Assembly: GCA_024275995.1 (NCBI GenBank)
Contig: JAJRYB010000067.1
Coordinates: 28,417 to 92,416, forward strand
Length of the DNA: 64,000 bases
Source: Planctomycetota bacterium
GTDB lineage: Bacteria; Planctomycetota; Phycisphaerae; SM23-33
Direction of reading: 5' to 3'
Below, in pieces: positions 48,203-57,567 of the stretch; position 1 is the stretch's first letter; each line of letters opens with the position of its first letter. The translations under genes were made by a program, and so were the position numbers. Below the pieces are notes generated by a model, which ran no database searches, had not been told where the DNA came from, and saw nothing but the letters and a program-made list of their open reading frames with translations.

Positions 48203-48987
48203 AAAGCGTCGAAAATATTCTTCTGGCCGGCGACCTTCGCTTCGCATACAGGCCCGGCCAGCCGGTCCTTCGCGGCGTGAATTTTTCATCCCGTGCGGGC
48301 AAGCTCACGTGCATCCTTGGACCGAACGGTTCCGGTAAGACCACGCTCCTGCGATGCCTTATGGGAAGGCTTCGACCCGACGGCGGAGAGGTTCTCCTGA
48401 AGAACAAGGCCGTCCGGAAGTACTCGACGCGAGAGCTGGCGAGGTTGCTCGCCTACGTGCCGCAGTTTCCCGCCTCGGCGCAGGCGTTCACCGTTCACGA
48501 GATCGTCCTGCTGGGACGGTTCGCACATACCGGCGCGCTGGCGCTGACGGGCGAGAAGGACCACGCCGTCGCCCGGGCGGCGATGGTAATGACCGACACG
48601 CTGCGATTCGCCGATCGGACGCTCGACGAGCTTTCCGGAGGCGAGGCGCAGTGCGCCATGATCGCCCGGGCGCTCGCGCAGCAGCCAAAGGTCATGCTCC
48701 TGGACGAACCGTCCAGCCACCTTGACGTCAGGAACCAGCTCGCCATCTACCGCATGATGCAGCGATTGGCGCACGACTGGAACATGGCCGTCATCTGCGT
48801 CAGCCACGACGTGAACCTCGCTGCACGCTTTTCCGACAGGATGCTGCTGATGCGGGAGGGTTGCGTTCTTACCGACGGCAGGCCGGAGGACGTCATCCGC
48901 CGGGACGTTCTCGCCGAGACCTATGACGTCCAGATCGACCTTATCGAATCGCCCGATTCGCCCGTTCCGTTCATCCGCGCACGCTGA
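48199..48987 (+). CDS. ABC transporter ATP-binding protein (BtuD/FecE type)
   Basis: Walker A GPNGSGKTTLL, signature LSGGEAQ, Walker B LLDEP. GTG start overlapping the permease stop. Confidence 0.85.
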   Translation: MKSVENILLAGDLRFAYRPGQPVLRGVNFSSRAGKLTCILGPNGSGKTTLLRCLMGRLRPDGGEVLLKNKAVRKYSTRELARLLAYVPQFPASAQAFTVHEIVLLGRFAHTGALALTGEKDHAVARAAMVMTDTLRFADRTLDELSGGEAQCAMIARALAQQPKVMLLDEPSSHLDVRNQLAIYRMMQRLAHDWNMAVICVSHDVNLAARFSDRMLLMREGCVLTDGRPEDVIRRDVLAETYDVQIDLIESPDSPVPFIRAR

Positions 48988-49044
48988 GCGGCGCTTGTTG
49001 CAGCCGGCACGGGCTGATAAACTCTCCGCGGAGATAAGATCGCA

Positions 49045-49989
49045 TTGCAAGAAGACCGCTGCATACAAGGGCTGGTTCGTATTCCCAAGGCCGTGCGCCG
49101 GGGCGTGCTGACGATCGGCAACTTCGACGGCGTACACGTCGGGCACCGTCACATTCTGCAGATGGTGCGATCCATCGCCGACGCCGAGGACATCCCCGCC
49201 GTCGCCATGACGTTCGAGCCTCCCCCGGAACGGATACTCCACCCGCAAAGCCCGTCGAAGCGCATCCTGCCGCACCGCCGGAAGGTCCGACGCCTGCTGG
49301 AGGGCGGCGTTGATTACGTCGTGGTCGTTCCAACCGACGAAATGCTGCTGAGCATGGCGCCGGACGAGTTCATAGATCGCGTCATAGTGAAATCGCTGCA
49401 TCCGCGACACATCATCGAGGGCGAGAATTTCTTCTTCGGCCTCGCGCGCAGCGGAAACGTGAACACGCTGAGACAGGCGGGCGATACGCAGGGCTTTACC
49501 GTGAAGGTGCTCGACCCGTCGCGAATCGAACTGTCCGGCGAGGGGCTTTCGCGAGTGTCCAGCACCCTGATCAGAAGGTTGATCGCCGAGGGGCGCGTGG
49601 CGGACGCGGCGATGTGCCTGAAAAACGAGTTCGCCCTGTACGGAAAGGTCGTCAAGGGCGCCGGGCAGGGACGCACGCTCGATTTTCCCACGGTTAACCT
49701 GGACTGCGGCGAGCAGATCATCCCGGCAGACGGCGTCTACGCCGCAAGAGCCTCCCTGGCGGGAAGCACCTTTCGGGCGGCTGTGAGCATAGGAGACAAA
49801 CCCACCCTCGGACCGGCCCCGCGAACGGTCGAGGCGTTTTTGATAGACGCGCAAGGCGATTTTTACGATCAGGAGATAGAGTTGAGCTTCGTACGGAAAC
49901 TTCGAGACCAGGCGCAGTTCGACAGCGCCGAGATGCTGCGAGAGCAGATAGCAAAGGATGTGGAGCGTGTGCGTGAAATCATCGAATGA
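49045..49989 (+). CDS. ribF: Bifunctional riboflavin kinase / FMN adenylyltransferase
   Basis: VLTIGNFDGVHVGHRHIL, plus a C-terminal riboflavin kinase domain. TTG start gives the typical 22-aa lead before TIGNFDGVH. Confidence 0.85.
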   Translation: MQEDRCIQGLVRIPKAVRRGVLTIGNFDGVHVGHRHILQMVRSIADAEDIPAVAMTFEPPPERILHPQSPSKRILPHRRKVRRLLEGGVDYVVVVPTDEMLLSMAPDEFIDRVIVKSLHPRHIIEGENFFFGLARSGNVNTLRQAGDTQGFTVKVLDPSRIELSGEGLSRVSSTLIRRLIAEGRVADAAMCLKNEFALYGKVVKGAGQGRTLDFPTVNLDCGEQIIPADGVYAARASLAGSTFRAAVSIGDKPTLGPAPRTVEAFLIDAQGDFYDQEIELSFVRKLRDQAQFDSAEMLREQIAKDVERVREIIE

Positions 49990-50962
49990 CGCTTTTCGCG
50001 CGGTAGTGGAAAGCCTCGTCCGCTCGTCGAACCTGCTGTTGGTGACCCACGCGCGGGCGGACGGGGACGGGCTTGGGGTTATAGCGGCGCTCGAACGCGC
50101 GGCGCCGGCGGCTGGGAAAAAGGCCCGCGTGCTCGTTCCGGACAACGTGCCGCAACGGTACACATTCCTGTTCCCGGAGACCCCCCCCGCCGACGCCGAG
50201 AGCTTCGAGACGCTGGCAGGAGCGGCAGACGTTATCCTCGTCGCGGATACCTGCGCCTTCGAGCAGCTCGACGGGATCGGCGACGGCCTGCGAAAGTGCC
50301 GGGAGAAAACCGTCGTGATCGATCACCATCTCACAATCGACGACGTCGGCGCCGTCCAGTGGTCCGACACGTCGGCAGCGGCGACGGGCGTAATGGCGCT
50401 GGAAATTCTCGACGCCCTGGGCTGGGATATTACCGCCGAGGTAGCCGAACCTCTGTTCGTGGCGATCACCAGCGACACCGGATGGTTCCGTTTCGCCAAC
50501 ACCGACGCGCGGACGCTGCGGGCGGCTGCGAAACTGCTGGAAGCCGGCGCGCGCGCCGGGGCGATCTTCACGCGACTTTTCCAGACGGACCGGCCGGAGA
50601 GACTCGCACTTCTGGAACGGGTGCTGCGAAGCCTCCGACTGCACCACGACGGAAAGCTCGCGATGATGAAAATCCGCAAGCTGGATTTCGACGAGACCGG
50701 CGCAAGGCCTGACGAAACGGAAAATCTCATCAACGAGGCGATGCGCATGGAAAAAGTCCGGGCGGCGGTAATGCTCGTGGAAAACACCGGTTGCGTTCGC
50801 GTGAGTCTTCGCAGCAGGGAGGGCGTGGACGTGGCGAAAATCGCACAGGGCTTCGGCGGCGGCGGGCACGCACGCGCGGCAGGGTGCCGTGTATCCGACG
50901 ATATCGACACCCTCGCCAAACGCCTTGTGCAGGCGTTCCAGGGGGCCTTGCAAAAAAACTGA
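49958..50962 (+). CDS. nrnA: DHH/DHHA1 phosphoesterase (NrnA-like oligoribonuclease/pAp phosphatase)
   Basis: LLLVTHARADGDGLG (DHH motif I), IDHH (motif III), C-terminal DHHA1 with GGGH. The start is uncertain; it overlaps the ribF 3' end. Confidence 0.75.
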   Translation: MWSVCVKSSNDAFRAVVESLVRSSNLLLVTHARADGDGLGVIAALERAAPAAGKKARVLVPDNVPQRYTFLFPETPPADAESFETLAGAADVILVADTCAFEQLDGIGDGLRKCREKTVVIDHHLTIDDVGAVQWSDTSAAATGVMALEILDALGWDITAEVAEPLFVAITSDTGWFRFANTDARTLRAAAKLLEAGARAGAIFTRLFQTDRPERLALLERVLRSLRLHHDGKLAMMKIRKLDFDETGARPDETENLINEAMRMEKVRAAVMLVENTGCVRVSLRSREGVDVAKIAQGFGGGGHARAAGCRVSDDIDTLAKRLVQAFQGALQKN

Positions 50963-51061
50963 TCGGCGGCGAAAAAAATGTTGCTCGTGAGTTGACAGGC
51001 TGTTGCGAGCAAAAGGGGGCGGTGCGGGGAAGGTTTTCGTTCAAAATCCGGATTTGACTTC

Positions 51062-51090
51062 TTGACAGTTTCCCGAACTCTGGTAAAAGG
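51062..51090 (+). promoter_or_regulatory. Putative sigma-70-like promoter for riboswitch transcript
   Basis: TTGACA at 51062..51067. 16-nt spacer. TAAAAG preceded by TGG. Confidence 0.3.
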
Positions 51091-51315
51091 GGAGTCGTTG
51101 CAGGTGTCCCGGCTGGAGCCGGGGCAAAAAGGGAAGCCCGTGAGAATCGGGCGCGGACGCGCCGCTGTAACCGGCGACGACCGCCGCAAATGCCACTGTT
51201 CTGATGCGTTATCAGGATGGGAAGGCGCGGTGGGCGGATGAGGCGAGAGAGCTGGAGAGAAAGCCTCGGGAGCTGGGAGCCAGAAGACCTGCCTGCGACC
51301 AACCTGTGTCGGCCT
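51083..51315 (+). promoter_or_regulatory. Cobalamin (B12) riboswitch aptamer
   Basis: AAAAGGGAAGCCCGUGAGAAUCGGGCGCGGACGCGCCGCUGUAACCGG ... AUGCCACUGUUCUGAUGCGUUAUCAGGAUGGGAAGGCG ... AGAAGACCUGCC. This reproduces the conserved core and B12-box of the E. coli btuB leader nearly position for position. Confidence 0.85.
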
Positions 51316-51364
51316 TCGCGAGTCAATCGGCCGTCGGGACAAGGTTCTTTGAACTTCTTGACGC

Positions 51365-51397
51365 CCCGGCTTGCATTCGCGAAGTCCGGGGTTTTTG
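51365..51397 (+). terminator. Intrinsic terminator (riboswitch expression platform)
   Basis: CCCCGGCUUGCAUUCGCGAAGUCCGGGG followed by UUUUU. Confidence 0.7.
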
Positions 51398-51664
51398 CTT
51401 GGCTCGTCGCGCGGAACGACGGTTGTTGAAGTGCTCTGCCTGCCGCGCGGAAACCAGCCGAAAATCCCCATCCCCAGGTTGCTGTGGTTCGATCTTGCGC
51501 CCGGATCGTATCGCACCGTAAAGCTCGGCGCTCATGAAAAAGATACGAAAGGAGTGAAGCCCTCACAGCTCAAAAGAAGGAAGCTCGTTTTTCGCGTTCG
51601 TTTTTTCATTGGCTCGGAGGCGTCTTCAGGGACGCCCCAAAAATTCAGCTCAGGAGGTTGGAAA

Positions 51665-52315
51665 GTGAATAAGCGCAGCCTGATTATTGTAGCCGTGTTC
51701 TGCGGCGTGCTGGTCGCCCCGACGAGGGGTTATGGATACACGTTCGACGATATCGTCGTTGAAGCCTGGGCCGGCTCCGGGGCGAACGAGGCGATGTCCG
51801 TCGTTGACTTCGGCGGTGGGAATTCCTACGCGTTCGGATATCGCTGGGACGGCGCAAAGACGAGCGAGGACATGCTCGTAGCGATCGACGGGCTACCCGG
51901 GCTGACGGTCGATTACAACTACCACCCGGTCTGGGGGTTCGCCGTCAATTCCTTCAGCTACGACGGGCGCACCATCGCCAGCGACGGGTGGGTTACGACG
52001 TACCTTTCCTTCTGGTGGAGCGGTAACGCCGCCTGGACCGAGTATGTCTACGATTGGAACCCGCCATACGACCTGCTGGACACCATCGAACACGACGCCA
52101 AGGCGGGCGACGGCGAGAACTGGGACTACGCCGGGCTTGGCGCGGGCTTCCGCGAGCTGGCCGACGGCGTGTGGGACGGATGGACGCTGGGCGACGCGAC
52201 AACCTTCGACGCGGACCCGCCCGTCTCGCCCGTTCCGGAACCGGCGACGATGAGCGTCCTGGCGATCGGCGGGCTGATGCTGCTCACAAGGCGCGCTGGG
52301 CGAAAACGTATATAA
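51665..52315 (+). CDS. PEP-CTERM sorting-domain secreted protein
   Basis: AGGAGG RBS, GTG start, signal peptide. C-terminal PVPEPATMSVLAIGGLMLLTRRAGRKRI is a PEP motif plus TM plus basic tail. Confidence 0.75.
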   Translation: MNKRSLIIVAVFCGVLVAPTRGYGYTFDDIVVEAWAGSGANEAMSVVDFGGGNSYAFGYRWDGAKTSEDMLVAIDGLPGLTVDYNYHPVWGFAVNSFSYDGRTIASDGWVTTYLSFWWSGNAAWTEYVYDWNPPYDLLDTIEHDAKAGDGENWDYAGLGAGFRELADGVWDGWTLGDATTFDADPPVSPVPEPATMSVLAIGGLMLLTRRAGRKRI

Positions 52316-52389
52316 AAAATCCCGGAAGAGCGGAGCTCGGGCCATCGTCATGCCGGCCCGGGCTTCCGCTCGACTTTCGAGCGTGGATA

Positions 52390-53127
52390 TTGAAAAGGCG
52401 TTCAATAAAATCCGGCTTTACGCTTATCGAATTGCTTGTAGTGATCTCCGTGATCGCCCTGCTTACGAGCATACTCGCGCCAAGCCTGTCGGTGGCGAAG
52501 GAGATGGCGCGGGCTACGGCGTGCATGGGCAACCTGCGAGCACTCAGCGTGACGATGGGATTATATCACGGCGATAATGACCAGCGCTTCTGGCCGTACC
52601 GGCTCGACAATTGGCCATCGCCGGGAGTGAAGTGCTACTTCTGGGGGACTGACGCCGATCCGGTCGATCAGTCCGCAAGCCCGTTCATGAACTACTGCGA
52701 CGATAACCCGGAGTACCTGTGGTGCCCGTCGCTGAAATGGGGCTCCTACATCCCACAGGGATGGTACGTCAGCGAGCCGACGACGACCTACGGATACAAC
52801 GGGCGATACCTCGACCCGGCACTTAACGGGACGAACAGCCGGCGACTGTCAAGCATTCCAGACCCGTCGCAACTTTTCGTACTGAACGATTCTGCCATGT
52901 TCTGGCAGATCGCGGGACGTTCGATCTTCCAGAACAGCACGTACCTCGAACCGGTATCAGGAAACTGGGTGCAGCAGCCCACCAGTCATTTCCGGCACTC
53001 CGGTAAAACCAACGCGCTCTGCGCGGACGGGCACGCCGAGGCATACGGCACGGAAGGATGGAACCTCGACAAGGTCAACATGCTGGGCTTCGTCGGAACA
53101 CGGAACTACCCGCATTATGAACAGTAG
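52390..53127 (+). CDS. Prepilin-type N-terminal cleavage/methylation domain protein, DUF1559 (H-X9-DG) family
   Basis: Leader (M)KRRSIKSG|FTLIELLVVISVIALL is a class III signal. HSGKTNALCADGHAEAYG is an H-X9-DG-like C-terminus. TTG start inferred. Confidence 0.7.
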   Translation: MKRRSIKSGFTLIELLVVISVIALLTSILAPSLSVAKEMARATACMGNLRALSVTMGLYHGDNDQRFWPYRLDNWPSPGVKCYFWGTDADPVDQSASPFMNYCDDNPEYLWCPSLKWGSYIPQGWYVSEPTTTYGYNGRYLDPALNGTNSRRLSSIPDPSQLFVLNDSAMFWQIAGRSIFQNSTYLEPVSGNWVQQPTSHFRHSGKTNALCADGHAEAYGTEGWNLDKVNMLGFVGTRNYPHYEQ

Positions 53128-53521
53128 ACTTGCAATGCTGCTGCTACTAGCCGCCCTCGCCGCAACAACCGCCGGCTGCCGCGACGAATACGCTCACGAG
53201 CGGCTGGACGGCAGGTCGCCCCGGTTCGTCAAGGTCGCAGAAATGCTGGCCTCGCTTCGGGCTGCCGGCGAAAGCGGGTTCGACGCTGCCTGCGACGAGC
53301 AGACCGCCGAGGGGCTGGACAAAAACCGTCGCCTGGCAGTGCGACTTACGCTGCGGCAACTGTCGGACGCAAAGAAAGTGGAGCTTCTTCGCGTGGACCG
53401 GTTCGGCGAGAATATGTACCGGGCGACCATCGGCTACGCCTGGCAAGGCGAGAAGCGGACAATCGCCCTGCTGCTTTTCGCGGATGGCGAGGACAATCTC
53501 CGCTGGGCAGGGCGAAACTGA
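53117..53521 (+). CDS. Hypothetical lipoprotein
   Basis: MNSRLAMLLLLAALAATTAGC lipobox. 134 aa. No further homology recognised. Confidence 0.5.
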   Translation: MNSRLAMLLLLAALAATTAGCRDEYAHERLDGRSPRFVKVAEMLASLRAAGESGFDAACDEQTAEGLDKNRRLAVRLTLRQLSDAKKVELLRVDRFGENMYRATIGYAWQGEKRTIALLLFADGEDNLRWAGRN

Positions 53522-53533
53522 ACGACGGAACGC

Positions 53534-54538
53534 TCACGCGTCGGGCAGGTCCAGATCGTCCAGCAGCGTATCGATCCGCCGCGTCTCGTCCTCGCTGAGC
53601 GTGAAATCCGCAGCCTTGGCGTTCTCCGCGACCTGATCGGCGTTCCTCGCCCCGACCAGAGCGACGGTAACGCCGGGCCGGTGAATCGTCCAGTTAATGA
53701 CGAGCTGTGCGAGCGTGGCGCCGTGCGATTCGGCGATCGGGCGGATCTCGTCGAGAAACGCGTTGACCCTGCCGATAACGTCGCTTTTGAAGAAGCGGTT
53801 CCCGTTCCGCAGGTCGCCTTCGTTGAAGGTTCTCTCCGACGTGATCTTTCCCGTCAGCAGGCCCAGTTGGAGCGGGCTGTACACCAGGCTGGCGATATTA
53901 TTTTTCCGGCAGTAAGGGAGCAGGTCAGCCTCGATGCCGCGATTGACCATGCTGTACGGCGGCTGGTTCGACGCGATCGGTACCACGCCGGCGGCGGCGC
54001 GGATTTCCTCCACGGTAAAGTTGCTCACGCCGGCAGCGATAATCTTGCCCTGGGCAATCAGCTTTGCAACCGCGCCCATCGTATCTTCGACGGGCGTGGT
54101 GCCATCACGACGGTGGCACTGGTAGAGGTCGATATGGTCCGTGCCGAGACGCCGCAGGGATCGCTCGCATTCCAGGATCACGCTTTCGGGCCTGGCGTTA
54201 CTGTAAATTTTCCACGGCCGGCCCTCGGCGTCGGTCGTGTCGAAGTAGTACTCGCCCTCCTCGCTGTCCCATCGCAGGCAGTACTTCGTGAGAATCTGCA
54301 CCTTGTCGCGCCGACCTGATATCGCCTTGCCGACGATCTCCTCGCTTCGCCCGAAGCCGTACATCGGGGCGGTGTCTATCGTCGTCATTCCAACGTCGAT
54401 CGCCCTGTGAATGGCGGCGATGGCGTCGGCTTCGTCCGCGCCGCCCCACATCCATCCGCCGATCGCCCAGGCGCCGAACGCCACCGCCGAGGCCTGCACG
54501 CCGCTGGTTCCCAGTTGCCTGTATTCCATGTGTGTCAC
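53534..54538 (-). CDS. Aldo/keto reductase
   Basis: YRQLG.SG...S....[10 protein letters not shown] and the overall AKR order. Confidence 0.85.
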   Translation of the reverse strand: MTHMEYRQLGTSGVQASAVAFGAWAIGGWMWGGADEADAIAAIHRAIDVGMTTIDTAPMYGFGRSEEIVGKAISGRRDKVQILTKYCLRWDSEEGEYYFDTTDAEGRPWKIYSNARPESVILECERSLRRLGTDHIDLYQCHRRDGTTPVEDTMGAVAKLIAQGKIIAAGVSNFTVEEIRAAAGVVPIASNQPPYSMVNRGIEADLLPYCRKNNIASLVYSPLQLGLLTGKITSERTFNEGDLRNGNRFFKSDVIGRVNAFLDEIRPIAESHGATLAQLVINWTIHRPGVTVALVGARNADQVAENAKAADFTLSEDETRRIDTLLDDLDLPDA

Positions 54539-54692
54539 CTTCCGTTGCTTGCCGGTAAGAGCGGAACTTTGGAAAATGTTGCGGCGATTTCAAACACCGC
54601 TCCCTCGCGGTCGCGGCTAGTTGTCCGTTCGCCACGTCGGTTTCGTTTTTACTGGCTACCGGCTACTGAACACCGGCTACTGTTCCACCAAC

Positions 54693-54777
54693 CGGTAGGG
54701 GTGGGATTCGAACCCACGGTACCTTTCGGCACACCGGTTTTCAAGACCGGCTCCTTCAGCCGCTCGGACACCCTACC
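54693..54777 (-). tRNA. tRNA-Ser (UGA)
   Basis: Reverse complement: GGTAGGG TG TCCGAGCGGCTGAAGGA GCCGGTCTTGAAAACCGGT GTGCCGAAAGGTACC GTGGGTTCGAATCCCAC CCCTACC G. Long variable arm. Anticodon TGA. Confidence 0.88.
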
Positions 54778-54844
54778 ATCTGCGGCGCCGTGGCGCTTTT
54801 CCGTACGGTAACCAGCTAGATTATAACAACAGCCCACGGATTGC

Positions 54845-54880
54845 CACCTGCCTGCCGACTGCCCGCCGTGGCGGGGCAGT
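54845..54880. repeat. REP-like GC-rich hairpin element (copy 1)
   Basis: CACCTGCCTGCCGACTGCCCGCCGTGGCGGGGCAGT, with stem GACTGCCCGCC/GGCGGGGCAGTC. An inverted near-identical copy is at 59258..59292. Confidence 0.65.
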
Positions 54881-54926
54881 CAGGTCCGTGGGCATCGTCA
54901 AGCAATACGCTCAATTCAGCCGCGAA

Positions 54927-56240
54927 TCAGAACTTCCACAGAAGGTCCGCCTGCACCAGGAACAACTCGTCCTCGCCGTCAGTGGACCGGATCGGCTCGG
55001 TAAGGAACACCGTCAGGCCCGCGGCGAGGAAATCGGTGATGTTGTACTTGCCCTTGAGGACGTGTCCCCGACGATTGGTCCGGGCGAAATCGCCATCGGC
55101 GAAGAACCCCGGCAGCGAGTTATGTTCGATGTATGCGTATTCATACCCGGCGGACCAATCGCCGGCCTTTTTGTTGGTCCCGAACTTCACGCCGGCGTGG
55201 AAGGCCTTGTCCCTGCCGCGCAGAGCGTAGGCGCGTTCGCTTTCCCGGAGGTTCTGCGCGTAATCGAAGAACACGCTGATCGGAAGCCCCATAACCTCGA
55301 AGCCGACCTTGTTGTGCAGGTTGAGCACCAGGAAGTCGAGACTCCAGCCGGTGGTATTACCCCTGCTGGGCGCGCCGGCGTCGTCGTAGTGGTCGTAGTC
55401 CCACAGATTCGCCGCGAAGGCCCACTTTACGCCTTTGGCGATCTTCCAGTCGAACCCTGCCGTGTAGCCGTGCATCTGCGTGTCGGTTCCGGAGGCAGTC
55501 TCCTCCAGGATGAACCAGCCCATTCCGACGAACGGCTCAAAACCGTCCAGTCCTGGTACCGAGTATTGCGCGAAGGCGCCTTCGGGGTTGACGTCGCTGT
55601 CGATAAAGAGGTAGCTGGTCCGGAACGGGTTGGCGATCTTTCCACCGGTGATAAAGAGGCCCTTCAACCAGATCGGCCGGTAGGTCGCCCACGCCCGGTC
55701 CACCCAGATCGGTTTCTCGGAGAACAGCCCGTCGAAGCTCTGGTTGGTGCTCGTCGGATCGCTGCCGCCAAGGCTGTTCCAATCGTCCGCGTCCGCCGAA
55801 CCGGTCGCCAGGCGGAAGCCCACCTCGATCTGCCTGTCCAGCCAGGTCTTTTTGATTCCGAACCTCAGTCGGAAGCGCGCGCGGTGCCTCGTCTTGCGAT
55901 CGATATCGTCATCGTTGTCCGAGCACTCCCCCTGGTATCGCAATCGCAGGTCGCCGTAGAATTTGAGATTCTCCATCCATTTCGGTAGCGCCTCACGGCC
56001 GGCGGCGTCCGCGTTCATTTCCTTGATAAGCTTGAGCGTCTCTTCCCGCGTGATGGCCCGGCTGTTCCTGTCGGCGACCAGACGCTCCAACTCGACCAGG
56101 CGCAGCTGCTGGTCCTGGAGCTTCTTTTTCAGCGCCTTGACCGTTGTGCTGAGTTCCTCGGTTGTCGGAGGGGCCGCCGTGGCTACCGTCGCGACAACCA
56201 GCAACGCCAAGAGAGTTATCAATCCAGGTGTTTTTTGCAT
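54927..56240 (-). CDS. Putative outer-membrane porin (N-terminal coiled coil plus beta-barrel ending in aromatic residue)
   Basis: Signal peptide MQKTPGLITLLALLVVATVATA. Coiled-coil LKKKLQDQQLRLVELERL. Alternating amphipathic strands. C-terminal LLWKF. Confidence 0.55.
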   Translation of the reverse strand: MQKTPGLITLLALLVVATVATAAPPTTEELSTTVKALKKKLQDQQLRLVELERLVADRNSRAITREETLKLIKEMNADAAGREALPKWMENLKFYGDLRLRYQGECSDNDDDIDRKTRHRARFRLRFGIKKTWLDRQIEVGFRLATGSADADDWNSLGGSDPTSTNQSFDGLFSEKPIWVDRAWATYRPIWLKGLFITGGKIANPFRTSYLFIDSDVNPEGAFAQYSVPGLDGFEPFVGMGWFILEETASGTDTQMHGYTAGFDWKIAKGVKWAFAANLWDYDHYDDAGAPSRGNTTGWSLDFLVLNLHNKVGFEVMGLPISVFFDYAQNLRESERAYALRGRDKAFHAGVKFGTNKKAGDWSAGYEYAYIEHNSLPGFFADGDFARTNRRGHVLKGKYNITDFLAAGLTVFLTEPIRSTDGEDELFLVQADLLWKF

Positions 56241-56482
56241 CTGATGCTCCTTTTGCGTGAACAGGACCGGCAGATCGTCGCAGCCGACCGCTCGGCGGGG
56301 ACGAGAACCTTGCCATGTCCGGGAAAAGTATGCGTAGAGAAAGCCATGTCGGCCTGAAGGGCCTGCGAGGTCGGTGTGAACGATGCTCCTCCGGGAAACA
56401 GTGTCAAATATCGGAATCCTCGCCTTGCCCGGCACCATCATGCCCGGTCGGGTCGGAAGTTGGCCGGCGTTTTTACCGATCC

Positions 56483-57529
56483 TTACACTTTGATCGTCTT
56501 ATCCGCCTTATCCGACTGGAAGCAGGCGTCGATTACTTTCTGGATAACCGCTCCGCGTGCGAAGTCGGGCTGATCGTTCTCGCCGGTCTTGATGCTCTTG
56601 ATGAATCGTCGGTATATGCTGGGCGTGGCGGCGCATCGAACGGTTCGCCAGACGACCTTGTGGCGATCCTTACCGGCGCAGATTTCCAGCCGATCGGAAG
56701 CTTTGTCCAGGTCGATGCGCAACGCCCCCTCATCGCCGAAGATTTGCAGGCAGAGGCGGTTGACATAGCCCGTGGCGTATCGCGACGCATGGATAGTCCC
56801 GACTGCCCTACCGGCAAATTCGATCGTGATGACGGCGGAGTCGTTCGCATCCAGCCGGTATTTGCCGATCCTGTTACCGGGCGCTTTCGGAAAGTTCTTG
56901 AGCAGGCAATGCACCTTCCTGACCTCCCCGGCCGGGTAGGTGGCGAAGTCCAGAATGTGCACGCCGACATCGCCCAGTACGCCCATGCTGCCGTGCTTCG
57001 TCGAGAGACGCCACAGCCAACCCTCGCTGGTTCGCCAGTCGCCCCAGACCTTGCTGGACAACCAGCTCTGGAGATAACTCGCTTCGATGTGCATGACTTT
57101 GCCGATCCTGCCGTCATGGACAAGTTGGCGGGCCTTGTGGATCACCGGGAAATCGCGATAGGAAAAGTTGACCATGTTAATCACGCCTTTTCGCCTGGCG
57201 GCGTCGGACATCTTTTTGGCGTCGGCGTAACAGGTCGCCAGCGGCTTTTCGCAAAGCACGTGTTTTCCGGCGGCGATAGCCTCCAGCGACAAGGGGGCGT
57301 GGAAGGCGTCGGAGGTCACGTTGGCGACGGCATCGCAGTCGGTACGATCAAGCAATTCGGAGAAGTCGACGAAAACAGGGATCTTAAGACCGTGGCGCCG
57401 CGCGAACGCTTCAGCCCGTTTCTTGTCCACGTCACAGACGGCGGAAATTTTGCAGCCGCGAATCTTCCCGAAGTTTTCCGCGTGCGTATTGGCCATGCCT
57501 CCAGTTCCGACAATCGCGATCTTGATCAT
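56483..57529 (-). CDS. Gfo/Idh/MocA-family NAD(P)-dependent oxidoreductase
   Basis: MIKIAIVGTGGMANTHAENF Rossmann motif and EKPLA motif. Confidence 0.85.
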   Translation of the reverse strand: MIKIAIVGTGGMANTHAENFGKIRGCKISAVCDVDKKRAEAFARRHGLKIPVFVDFSELLDRTDCDAVANVTSDAFHAPLSLEAIAAGKHVLCEKPLATCYADAKKMSDAARRKGVINMVNFSYRDFPVIHKARQLVHDGRIGKVMHIEASYLQSWLSSKVWGDWRTSEGWLWRLSTKHGSMGVLGDVGVHILDFATYPAGEVRKVHCLLKNFPKAPGNRIGKYRLDANDSAVITIEFAGRAVGTIHASRYATGYVNRLCLQIFGDEGALRIDLDKASDRLEICAGKDRHKVVWRTVRCAATPSIYRRFIKSIKTGENDQPDFARGAVIQKVIDACFQSDKADKTIKV

Positions 57530-57567
57530 GTGCGGCTCCTTTTAATCCGTATCACCTGCGCGTCTTT

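Noticed and set aside
47290-48987. 565-aa ORF spanning the permease and ATPase
   Set aside because: Its 5' part is an alternate frame of the FecCD permease gene. The ATP-binding protein begins at GTG 48199, overlapping the permease stop.
50981-51012. Hairpin TTGCTCG-N18-CGAGCAA after nrnA, as a possible intrinsic terminator
   Set aside because: No U-tract follows it. It could be a Rho-dependent or stability element, but support is insufficient.
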